Origin: Lingula anatina
Lineage: Eukaryota > Animalia > Brachiopoda
DNA: 64,000 nucleotides
Direction of reading: 5' to 3'
NCBI GenBank assembly: GCA_051362555.1
Contig: CM120644.1
Coordinates: 6,518,954 to 6,582,953 of the forward strand
The notes beneath the pieces are model-generated. The model was not told the DNA's origin, searched no databases, and saw only the letters and a program-made list of their open reading frames with translations. Shown piece by piece: positions 26,455-38,018 of this stretch (position 1 is its first letter; each line of letters begins with the position of its first letter). The translations under genes were made by a program, and so were the position numbers.

Positions 26455-27768
26455 ATACCCCATTTCCATAACTATATCGATCTAGCAGGATCGACCTACG
26501 TGTATCTCCGAGGGGTTTCTCGCTTTACCTTCAGCACAAGCGGCTCTGATGACTGGTACGCCTACATAAGCTGTTAGAGGGTAATTGACTATCGTTTAGC
26601 AGCTTCAGTAGGCGTGCCATACATCTTAAGGCCCCTTTACACTGGACGGCCTACTTTCTGCGTCCCTTCTGCGTTCAAAAATGTGGTCAGGACGCTCAAC
26701 GGTCGCCAAAGCAATTAAATCGTGTCTCAGTGTAAAGGCGTCTGCGTCCCTTGTGCGTCCTTTGAACGACCGAATCTTGATTTTACCTGTAAAACTGCGA
26801 GCAACCTGCCTGCCTCCACTGTTCGTCCCCTTTGCAACCCAAGGCGTCCATTGCGATGTTTGAGCAACCATTGAGCATTCTTGCTGCGTTCTCTGTACCT
26901 TCATCGGCGATCAGTGGCGTCTATTCTACGATCATTCTGCATCCTGCTTGACCGATGAGCGTTGTTTGGTGTCCTTCTCTATATTCTAACTCATATTTTT
27001 TCCTCGGTTCTAACCAGGTCATCCAATAAAGAACATTTCCATCACACAAAACAAATAAATGGGAATAAACGCTTTAAACTACAGTGATGCAAGGTCTGCA
27101 TGGACTGATAATCAGCCAGATGCTCAATTGTTATCTTATAAGGATGGACAGGCGCCGAAAAAGAGAAAGTATGCCTGACACAACATGGAATATTTGAATC
27201 CGTTTTCAAATGACGCATTCTGCAAAAAGTTCTGACAATTAATGCATCTTGTAAAAAAGGCAAAATATTCGTTTTATAATAACCTAAAAAAAAAAAAAAT
27301 GGATCGTTTCATGAATTTTAGGGGAAAAAAATCGGAGGCTGATATGAGACCACTGTTGCCCTTAGAATTCCTGTCTGGTGAATAATACCTCATCACGGCC
27401 CCGTTTGAGAGTGAAAAAAATAATGTTCTACGTGACGATCTTTGAGTTTTCATTCTGCAACCAAAGCGATGCTTGTGCCTCCTTTCTACGACCGCGGCGA
27501 TGCCTGTGCGTCCTCTCTGCGACCACGGCGATGCTTGTGCGTCCTTTCTGCGTCCATTGAGCGATCATCCTCCATCGCGTTCTCTCTGCGATTGTTTTGA
27601 ACATGCTCAAAACTCCTGGCCAGTTTCATCGTCGCACAAAGGACGCAGAAAGGACGCCGTCCAGTGTAAAGGGTGTTTTAGCAGCTTAATCTGAACGCAA
27701 TTTGACGATAATCGCCTTGGAGATGGATCGATCCAGCTAGATCGATCTAGGTATGGGAATTGTGTCTA
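26455..27768. mobile_element. Fold-back MITE family copy 2 (opposite orientation to copy 1), split by a nested element
   Basis: 26455-26628 plus 27678-27768 reconstruct the reverse complement of 4843-5100 (GGGTAATTGACTATCGTTTAGCAGCTTCAGTAGGC...CTAGATCGATCTAGGTATGGGAAT). Confidence 0.8.
26629..27677. mobile_element. Harbinger-type non-autonomous element nested in the fold-back MITE
   Basis: TIRs AGGCCCCTTTACACTGGACGGC / GCCGTCCAGTGTAAAGGGTGTT; TSD TTA (26626-26628, 27678-27680); subterminal TGCGTCC repeats. Confidence 0.85.
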
Positions 27769-28253
27769 ACTCCTCCCTTTTTTATCTTTTAGTGACATCG
27801 ACATAAACTGAACGGGCTCCTATATTGTACAACGATATGACCATGATAAGATGCTATGTGCGTGAGGCGATACATGAATTTCTAACAACTGCGTGCATTA
27901 TTAGACTTGAACTATTGTACAGCGCATAAGCCCGATGGGATGGGTCTGTTAATATTTACTGCGGCACGTGACACTGCAATAAACAGACAAATAAATAAAT
28001 AATCAGCAAGACATGCATCTCATAACTGGATCAATAAATACTGGTGGTGTGCCGTCTTTTCCATACCTATCGTATTAAAGACCCACGGTCCAATAAAGAC
28101 TTTTGGATTACATTTCAGAAAATCTTAGTGTTTTGTTCTGCACTCTCATTCCAATGGGATGCAATAATCTTAAGAAAAAAGAACTTCGTCAAATGTTGCT
28201 GATGTTATTGGGTCCCCTGCAATGGGGCATTCACATTGAGGAGTGGAAAGTGG

Positions 28254-28287
28254 GTTACGTCATTAAATTCCGCGCCTGTTGTCCAAT
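28254..28287 (+). promoter_or_regulatory. Possible promoter elements of the ASNS-like gene (bZIP site GTTACGTCAT and CCAAT)
   Basis: Motifs seen about 950 bp upstream of the ATG, which is preceded by a splice acceptor at 29218 (so a non-coding first exon is implied). Function is inferred only. Confidence 0.3.
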
Positions 28288-29226
28288 AGCCTGGTCATGG
28301 AAAATTTCCCTGGTCTTAGCGGAAAATTTTACATTCACCCCGCCTTTGTGGGCCAGTCGCTAGCATTTTCTTTGCCTCGGAACATCGCACTAAAGACACA
28401 GTTCTTGGCGTTCTTGGAAAAGTTAAGCTTCAGAGCACCCTAGCAACGGATTTTACTGCGGTATTGTACACGTTTTTTGTTTTACGTTTTTTGTTTACTT
28501 TTCATAATGCACAATCGGGAAATAGCAATGAAATTACGATGTAGCATTTTGTTATTTTCGAACCAATGGAATATCTAATAAGCCACCAAGTCATTCAAAA
28601 TATGTCGACAAAGTTCCCAATATTAGATAAGAAGTGAGAGTTAATTTTTAATATCAGCATACGGGCAGAGGGTGTCTTCTAGACGCCATGGAACTGACCT
28701 TGTTTATGTATTGCCTTTTAATATTTTATGCGCATTATACATGTACATAGGTCCTAATGCGTTCAAGTTCTATATCATTAGTAGGCGCTAATTGATGCCC
28801 GTTATAAAGCTATCGATCCTGGAAGCATTGTATGTGTCGGTCAATACTTCAAGCGAAACAAGAGGAACTGAACTCTGAGAAAGGTTTAAGGAATGCGACT
28901 AATCAACGGTTTTGTAGATAAGTTAGTTTTGCGTAGGCATACTGAGGATTTCAACAGAAACGAAATAAAATCTGGAGACCAATTCCTCATTGGCAAACAC
29001 ATATTGTGGAACGCTTAGTCATTTGCATTGACACGGTTTGACATCGCTTGATGATCTTGCATTGTGAAGTTGATTACATCAGGCGCTTTAAGAAAACTTC
29101 TGAAAAAATTTATATATTTTATCTCTTCTCTATGCATTACTATAAACAGTCGATCATGGCACAGGCGGCGAGACAGATGATTCCACTTGAAAAATGTGAC
29201 ATTTTTTCTGATTTGCAGAAGCAACG

Positions 29227-31170
29227 ATGTGTGGCATATGGGCGATATTCGGAAGTGAAGCCAAAATCTCGGAGCAGGCGCCAAGCAGTTTCACTATATC
29301 TCACCGCGGTCCAGACGCCTCCTGTGTGACCACCATCAACCATTTTACCAACTGCTGTCTCGGTTTCCACCATCTTGCCATCAACGATGGTGTATTTGGC
29401 ATGCAGCCGATGAGAGTGCGCAGTATGCCGCACCTGTGGATGGTGTACAACGGTGAAATTTACAACTGCAAATTGGTAAGAATAAGACATACATTTTTAA
29501 CGTTATAGTTAAATATTTTGATATTTAAGAGGTTTTAATCTTATCATTAATCTGTCAGCGGACACAGATGGCACCTAATATTGAAAAGTATAAAATGAGA
29601 GATAAGACAAAACCAAGCACATTGGTCGTCCAGGTACCTTGACCTCGTGCAATATCTTTCATTATATTTGCCTCACGTCATTCGGCAATTTTTTTAATCC
29701 TTGGTCACTTCTCTTGGCACGGGCCCAGCAGTGACATTCTATGACAAATGGCATACTGTTTGACCGTGGCCCATAACAGCCTGCTAGAGCGTAATTCAGT
29801 ACCCACTACCAGGGCCACAGATCGATTTTTCACTAAATATGAAGAGATATGTCTCTAGCTAAATAGATGGCTAACCTCTGTACTATCAAAAACGTACACA
29901 GAGTAATAACTGCGGCCCTGGTAGAGGGTAGTAATTCAGTAGGCCCACAAAACAAGGCATCTGCATTTCTGGTATATTACGAAATTGATATGGTCTATGC
30001 CATTTTTATTTATTTATTTATTTATTATTTGTTTGAGCTTACTGAATTACCCAAGCACATGCAGGTTCTTATGGACCATGAGACTGCTTAATATTCTCAT
30101 TCTCACAACAGTTACAGGAAGAATTCGGTTTCAAGTACCAAACCAACTGTGATGGGGAAGCCATCTTGCACTGTTACAACCACGGCGGTGCAGAGTTTCT
30201 TGCTAAGCACCTCGATGGCGTGTTTGCCTTCTGTCTATTCGATACAGAGAAGAGAAAGGTTTTCCTTGGCAGAGATACGTTTGGCGTTCGTCCAGCTTTC
30301 CGCTTGACCACAGAGGACGGATTTCTGGCTGTTTGTTCGGAAATCAAAGGTGAAAGTTTATATAATTATATGTTTTGGCTGGACTTTGATACGTGGAGTG
30401 AAAACTTAAGAGTGTCACAGTAGAGAGGCTGCACTGCAAGATAATTAATTCTGCTTTCAGAGTCAAATAAAAGAAATAACCACAAGCTGTCTTGTCCAAA
30501 ATATTTTTTTAACTAAATTACCCGGTGTCATTAACACAAAGCATATGTTCATATGTTGTACACGTAACTTCTCGTCATATTCCAGGATTGCAAAATCTCA
30601 TCCACAACGGCACAGCGAGTACAATTGAAGCGTTGGCGCCTGGCCACACGGAGGAATATCTCCTGGACGAAGACAACAAGGCCAGGCTGGTAGACCGGAA
30701 GCGATTTCATTTCCAGGCACAGCCACCGGTTTACAAAACCATAGCGGAACCTCTCGGTCAGTTTGTGCCGCCATGAGCACAGGGGTTCCCGCGGGGTTGG
30801 AAAGAAGGGGGGGGAGGGTTAATTCTGTTAATGATGTGCGACTCTTTTCTATTTCTTATAAGAAGTAGAAACTTTTCACATGCAGCGGTACAGATTTCTG
30901 TATCGCACCAGTTTGACTGATCCTAACATGTTATTGTTTCTTACTATAGCCGCAATACGTGCCAATCAAAATCAATCGTGTCGAGCGCGGGGTTTTATGT
31001 GACTCTCTTACGTATTTATCAGGCCTTTAAGTTGTCTATCTATCAAACTGGGTCGAGCCATAATACTGTATCGCTCTATATATAGTGTCTTAGATTACGT
31101 CAGCCTGCCTCCCGTAAGTAATAGTAGATTTCCAAGATAATCTCAAGTATAGATTCAGATCACAAACGAG

Positions 31171-31216
<46 letters not shown>

Positions 31217-33746
31217 TATTATTATTAACACTAGTGTACTGTCAACGAATAACAAACCTTTATATTAAATAATCTTTAATACTAAAACGTTTGCAAAGCT
31301 GTGACGCACTGATGAAATTCTATGCCAGAATGTCCAATGTACGTGAATAAACCTGTATTTTGATGTTACAGGAAACGACCCGCTAGCCAATGTCCGCAAC
31401 CTGATGACCGCAGCCGTGAAGAAAAGGTTGATGTCTCAGCGGCGTATCGGATGTCTACTATCTGGTATTTATATTTAAAAAAGATCACTGTGAATGGAAA
31501 TAGGAGCGCAGGGTGATGAAGATAAATATTTTCACCTTAATAGACTTAACAGAAAGTTTAAAAACAATAGACACACCGCCACAATTACCCGTCGCCAATC
31601 CAGTCATTGTATGCGGTTTATACAGTTTTTTGATAAAAAAAGTAAATCGTAATGAGGAGAAAAAAGAAAAAAAAGATAAAAAACGTATTTTCCCTACCTT
31701 TGAAGCGTGAAGTTTCTACCCTTCCTCAAAAGACCATGATCACATGACTGACACGTAGCTGTGAGTCCCGGATGTAAGGATGTTAGCGTTGATTGGAGAG
31801 GAGGGAGGCGCTGTAGGCCTTGGTCACGGTTCATTATCCTGTCGCTTTGCCAATATCCTCCTTTGAGAAATTTATGGTTTTCGGTTGGCCGATGCAGTGG
31901 CTGAACTCACATATTTATTTTTTATTGTAATTACAAAAGACAAAATGAGAAAACCTTTTTGAAGTATAGAAATGTAGCTTACATGTCACTCCGACATCCA
32001 CAGTGTGTATCATTATGTCCTACAGGTGGCGTGGATTCCAGCCTCGTTGCCGCCTTGGTTGTGAAGAGCGCCAGAGAAGTGGGCATAGACTACACCATAC
32101 AGACGTTCGCCGCCGGCATGCCGGGCAGCACAGACATCATAGCAGCGCGCAAGGTGGGAAACACATCTTGGATAACAATGCACAGCGAACATGCCGCGCA
32201 AGCCCCTTTGACCTCCGAGCCACCCCTTTCTCCTACTCTTTTTCTCCTTCACCCTCTTCCACCCCATAAAAAACTGTACTAGAAGCAAAACTAGAAAAAA
32301 AAAACAAAAAAACGTGCAAGTCTTTGCTAATTTGCTATTTTTTTAATTTAATTTAATTTTTCTATAGCACCCAAAGTTTTTCTTTTACCTTCCTTTAATT
32401 GAAAGTAAGTGCATTTCATTCCTCCGTTCTCTTTAAGGTAGCTGAATACCTCGGCACAGAACATCACGAGGTCATATTCTCTGAAGAAGAAGGATTGGCC
32501 GCCCTTAATGACATGGTGTATCACCTAGAGAGCTATGACATCATCACTATACGTGGGGCTGTTGGTGAGTCATCCTTTTTTGCATAGCTTTGACATAATC
32601 ACTATAAGCGGAGCAGTTGGTGAGTCTACTTTTTATGCAGCTGTGACGCCATTATCTGTTATCATCATATCAGTATCACTGTATCAGGGACAGAACAGTC
32701 TGATCGAATTCTGATCGAAAAATCGGAAAGATCTGATTTAGCGTTCTCAGCAGGATCCCTGAAAAGAGCCCACATGATCTGCCCCTGTGTCCATACGCAT
32801 GGTTGGTGAAATTCTAGTGATTTTCTAAATTAACAAATTTGTGATAACGGTGCGTTAATTTTCAAATAGGGCTCTACTTCGTTGCCAAGTACATAAGAGA
32901 AAAGACAGATACAGTAGTCGTGTTCTCCGGCGAGGGCGCAGACGAGCTTTACCAGGGGTACATATACTTCCATAACGCCCCGGATGTAAAGGAGGCGGAC
33001 AGAGAGAGCAGACGACTTCTTCAGGATCTCTATCTGTTTGACGTGTTACGTGGTGATAGGATTATCTCCGGTTTTGGGTAGGGACTTGTTTCAATGACCG
33101 TCGAAAATTATGAATATTGCGTAGATCACTTATGTATAATTTTTTTTTCTACTTTTATTTATTTATTTATAATAAGCCGCGTCAGTTTCCGCTGAAATAT
33201 GTCCTCCTGTTTTGAGATTATTGCCTTTAAATAATTTCTTAATTTAATCAAACAAGTATAATAAATCATTTCAGTTTAGAACTGCGGCTACCTTTTCTTG
33301 ACCATGAACTGACCAGCTATATTCTCTCTTTGGACCCCAACATCCGCCATATTGTCGACGGAATCGAGAAGCATCTGCTCCGATCGGCCTTCGACGCAAC
33401 GGGACTCCTGCCCCGTGAGACGCTGTGGCGACCCAAGGAGAGTTTTAGTGACGGCGTCTCCTCTAATGTTCGCTCTTGGCATCACATCCTGCGGGAGTTC
33501 ACCGACGATAAGGTTGGTGTTATCATTATGTTAGAGGCGCCTGCTTACGTCCGCAAACGGACTCAAGTTGCGCTGTATACATGTATTGTGCCAGAGAAGA
33601 TTGCGTTGAAAATTATTTTAATTGCTCAGCAACTGCATTTCTGGAATAAAGAAAAACACAATGGCCTGTGAAATATATATGTCAGCGTGTATTTGCTGAG
33701 GTAAATAGTGAACGTAAAACCGACTTCTATTGCGAGTCTGTTTCTG

Positions 33747-33840
<94 letters not shown>

Positions 33841-34132
33841 GACGGGGAAGGAAAGAGAGAGAGAGGGGAGGAAGGAAAAGGTGTTAATAATTTGTGGTAT
33901 AAAAATAATCCTTCATTTATACATACAGGTCACTGACGCAGACATGATGAACGCCAGCCGTAAGTTTCCCCACAATCCACCGAAATCTAAAGAGGCCTTT
34001 TACTTCCGTCGCCTCTTTGAGGACTTTTTCCCTGGGAAAGCCGACCTAATCCCGTACCTCTGGATGCCCAAGTGGTCGGGAGAAACAACCGAACCTTCGG
34101 CAAGGAACCTGAAAGCTTACAGGACAGCATAA
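29227..34132 (+). CDS. ASNS: Asparagine synthetase (glutamine-hydrolysing) family protein, 551 aa; exons 29227-29475, 30112-30349, 30586-30756, 31372-31464, 32026-32153, 32438-32564, 32870-33077, 33275-33512, 33929-34132
   Basis: MCGIW N-terminal nucleophile, [57 protein letters not shown] and WMPKW. All nine exons join in frame via GT-AG (1656 nt). Confidence 0.95.
33748..33840. repeat. Compound (TG)n(AG)n microsatellite in the last ASNS intron
   Basis: Seen directly. Confidence 0.97.
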
Positions 34133-35773
34133 TTGCATGTGTGCAAGTGCAACTTTGGTTGTGGGGCAAACTGGAAATTTCATCTACGGATACAAGCACT
34201 TTGACTAAGGATGGGTTTAAGAGCACTAATTTGGACCGGTTGTATTGTATAGAACTGTGAGTCTATATTATTGTGTCTTATAATAGCACACGCACGTTCC
34301 CTACATGTTTGTGGTTTATACATATCATTATTAATGTACCGTTATAAACCTGTGTATTCCAATTTTATGAAATCGTTATATATAAAGTTGAATGAGTGAT
34401 TACTGCTGTGTTGATTTACAAGTCCTGTTCGCTCCAGACTTAGTTAAGAGAGAGATATTATTTTTAGTGCGACTCTTCTGAAGAAAAAGTGTAAGTTGAA
34501 ATGATATAAATTAATAACACGCATGCACACACACACGCAAGAGTGTATCAACTATTCGGTACTTAAACCATTTAATTTTGGTTCCCTTTGTTGTTATGAA
34601 GCAGTTTTGATAGACATATTTGCAGTGCACATCAGAATTCAGTTCTTCGTTGCACTTTCCTTCATTTATTAACCATGCAGCTGGTTTGTAAGGAATATGA
34701 TTAAGTCTTTACAGCTCTTACTACTTTCAAAGAGGAGGATATTCTGACTGACGTCACGAGACAGCACATTAAAGAGTTATTTATCTGTTTTACTTTTTAA
34801 TATAAATATTCACAAATTATACTTAAACCAGACTTTATGATAGACTTTAAAAATTGTACAAAAAAAAGCTGAGACGAATTTAAATGAGAGCTGTTTCATA
34901 GTTCGGTAAATTTCTCTCGGAATAGTCAATTTCAAACAATTGCAAAAACCAGATTCCTTTTATTCGCTTCAATGCAACACATGGCGTATGATAGACTGAT
35001 TTTATAACTACCGAATATAATTGAAATGCAGTTTTATTTGCCATAAATCAAGCAAGTTCAATACATAATCTCAAAAAATCAAACATAATTCTCAAGTTGA
35101 TATTCCTCCTGGAATCATGCGTGAGATCAAAAGCTGTGATTGATTAATAAGCATTACATGACGCCACCACCTAAAATGTCAACGTTGTGACGTCATGGTC
35201 GGGGAGGGATCGTCTTCATCCATAAAACGTAGCTGTTTAACCGGATTTTCATTCTGTTTTCCAGGTGGGCCTCATATTCATCCATTAGTGCCTGCAAATA
35301 CATTAACGAACTTATTCACTACAAAAAAAAATCCCAATGCTCATTGCCAGCGACGTCATGATAACAACCAATTAGTAAATTTAGCTATAATCTTGAAATT
35401 CATGTAAAAATTATGAGAGTTATAAAGGAACGATGATGGTTTTTTTTTTTAGGTAAAGGAGAAAGAAATGACAATGTCATTGTGTTTGATGATACTAATT
35501 ACCATATGGTCACTTGCTACTTTGTACTGACGTAGGGGTGAGACGACAGTTTCATGCACCGTTACAAACATAAAAAGGCACAACTATAAACATTGCAGTG
35601 AAATTATATGTCCTAGTATGTTTTTATACATAACAAAACGTGTCAAATGACTAAATGTCATTTCAAAAGAATTAAAAATATCTGTAAGATCACACCGCTT
35701 ATAAAATAAAATACGAAAAACGTTTATACATTGTTGTTTTGCTAGCGACAAAATGCTGACGTCATACCTGTAT

Positions 35774-36368
35774 TTAATAATGGCGCTTGCCGTAGCCTTG
35801 ACTTTTAGGTGGATATCCATATTGGCTGCCCTGTCCGTAACCGCTGCTTTGGTATCCTCCGTATCCGCCGCTGCTGCCGTATCCACTGCTTTGGTATCCT
35901 CCGTATCCGCCGCTGCTGCCGTATTGGTTCTTTCCGTATTGGTCGCTGCTGCCGTATTGGTTCTTTCCGTATTGGTTGCTGTTGCCGTATTGGTTCTTTC
36001 CGTATTGGTTGCTGCTGCCGTATTGGTTCTTTCCGTATTGGTTGCTGCTTCCGTATTGGTTCTTTCCGTATCCACTGCTGCTGCCGTATTGGTTCTTTCC
36101 GTATCCACTGCTGCTGCCGTATTGGTTACCGTATTGGTTGTCACGGCAGCCGTAAGCGTCACACTGGTGGTTGTTGCATGGTTTGTAGCCGCCGCTGGAA
36201 GCGTCGCAGAAGCACCAGACCTGACCATCGTACTGCTTCTGGCAGCCGTAGGCGTAGGGGTTCACGTTCACTTCGCCGGACCAGCAGCCACGGGTCACGC
36301 CTGGTTGGAAGAATGAAAAAAAGGTGTGTTAGTTGGGATGCAAAGAATATGCTGTGACTTTGTAGCTT

Positions 36369-36414
<46 letters not shown>

Positions 36415-37908
36415 CTGGCCGAAAATCCCTGGCCTACGACGACATAAGAACCACCAAGGAGGTTGGGGTAGACATAACGAACGTTGTTGGAATAAGCTGC
36501 CCTCACAACTGACCAAGACAATAGTTAACCTAAAGATTTTGTAGTAGTTAAAGATATCACAAATTTGGCCGAAATTGCATTACCCGTTTAGATGGCTTGG
36601 ATTGACCGTGCTGAGTATAATTTTGTAGTAGCTGAAGAAAACGATACTTTCGCTGAAATTACAATACCTAACAGACTTATATACTAGTAGAATAAAGCAA
36701 CTAAGTTTGCTTTGGGACAAAAGTACTTTAGACTCCGACGGACCAATGAACCGACAGGCTTAAAAAATTTGGAACGGGCGGCTGTAAGCTGTTAGGCGAA
36801 AAGGCAGTAAGGCACACAAACAGACAGGCAGGCAGACAGACAGACAAAACACAATTTGATTACTCACGTTTGCTGTACTCATCGAATCTGGTAAAGCATC
36901 TTCCGCTCTTGCAGGCCCAGACGTCCACGCCGGAACCTGGGGCGTCAGGGTTGGCGCACTGGGCATAGCCAGACTGGCCGCCATAACCGTAACCGCTCTG
37001 CTTCAGCGAATACTCACAGTTGTAACAGTCTAAGAGGAAAAAAGAATACAAAAGGAAGTTTAGTCGTGTGATCGTTTTTGTTTGTTTGTTTGTGGATTGG
37101 TTGGTTAGTTGGTTGGTTGGTTTCCATTTTTGTGTGAAAAATTTCGCAGATTGGACTTCTACTTTTCTTTCCTAAATAGTGTCTGGTTCTGTCGTGCAAA
37201 GGATATTAAGAGTAAAATTCAAAACAATTCAGGTTAACTTAGCTGTCACCGTTTTAGACCTTAGCTTAGACCAAAGCTTAGACCTTGTTGCACTATCGAA
37301 AACATTGAACAAATCCTAACATCTTTGCCCATGGAGGATTTTTACAAGAAATAACCCAAATGGAAGCACTGGTAGATATCCCCTTATATTTCAATCAAAG
37401 CAAATTGTGAAAATTTTATGGAACAAAGAAATGCCACAATCATATGACACAATAAACAAAGTATGGAGATTAAATATTTATAAGAAAAAAAACATTAAAC
37501 AGGTTAAATATAAGGTACACAGTGGGCGTCATCGTTGTAAAACAACTTTGTAGCATTTGGTATGCAATGACAAAGGTCCCGTGAAACATTTCTTCGAGCC
37601 TTGAGCCGAGTACAGAAAATGTTGCAGTTGAAAATCAACAGATGAGAGGAAACTCCACATGCTGTTTTGAGCGCTGTTGCTGAGACGCGAGTAATGATAT
37701 GAACGCAACGCAAGCTCTTAGATGAGGTACGGCTAGCAGGCTCACTTCAGAATCAACCACTTATACCCAATGAACGAAAACCGCCGCAATTAAATTAATC
37801 TACATTATTGAGAGTTAGTAGATATACGGATTACTTACTTGATCCATAGGGATCGGAGCTGGCACTAATGTACCCAACTGCAAGAATCAATGTCACTGCA
37901 AAAATCAT
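35774..37908 (-). CDS. Secreted three-finger (Ly6/uPAR, Quiver-like) protein with a Gly/Tyr/Ser/Gln/Asn-rich tail, gene A, 252 aa; exons 37839-37908, 36868-37029, 35774-36300
   Basis: Signal peptide MIFAVTLILAVGYISA; CYNC...C...C...C|..RGC...GC...CFC...CN (10 Cys); both introns phase 1 with GT-AG; tail of GKNQYGSS repeats; TATA-like element near 38011. Confidence 0.88.
35835..36140 (-). repeat. Coding minisatellite: about 6-7 x 33 bp (GKNQYGSS[N/S/D][Q/G]Y), then 2 x 42 bp (GSSGGYGGYQSSGY)
   Basis: Repeated CCGTATTGGTTCTTTCCGTA... units on the plus strand. Confidence 0.92.
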
Positions 37909-38010
37909 GATGATTCTGTCTCAGACCTTGGAACTAGAGTTCGCAAAAAATCAGCCTGTCTCTTCTCCTGACGGTGACGATTGTGCGCTCTTGCTGGCTT
38001 CACGCAAGCA

Positions 38011-38018
38011 TATATATA
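38011..38018 (-). promoter_or_regulatory. Putative TATA box of gene A
   Basis: TATATATA about 100 bp upstream of the ATG at 37908 on the minus strand. Confidence 0.55.

Noticed and set aside
33668-33928. N-terminal extension of ORF 33668-34132 with CV/RE repeats
   Set aside because: Intronic microsatellite; the true exon starts at the acceptor at 33929.
34132-35774. Functional coupling between the ASNS-like enzyme and the adjacent Asn/Gln-rich gene A
   Set aside because: Tail-to-tail adjacency alone is not evidence in an animal genome; co-expression or conserved synteny would be needed.
35835-36140. Regular ~33-bp repeats (and the ~35-bp repeats at 41818-41970) as a possible CRISPR array
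   Set aside because: No unique spacers, no cas genes, and a eukaryotic context; these are plain tandem repeats.
35584-36357. Long overlapping ORFs (Thr/Ala-rich 35584-36228, hydrophobic 35753-36316, Cys/Arg-rich 35809-36357)
   Set aside because: These are alternative-frame or antisense readings of the gene A coding repeat. Only the G/Y frame joins upstream exons and matches paralogues B and C.
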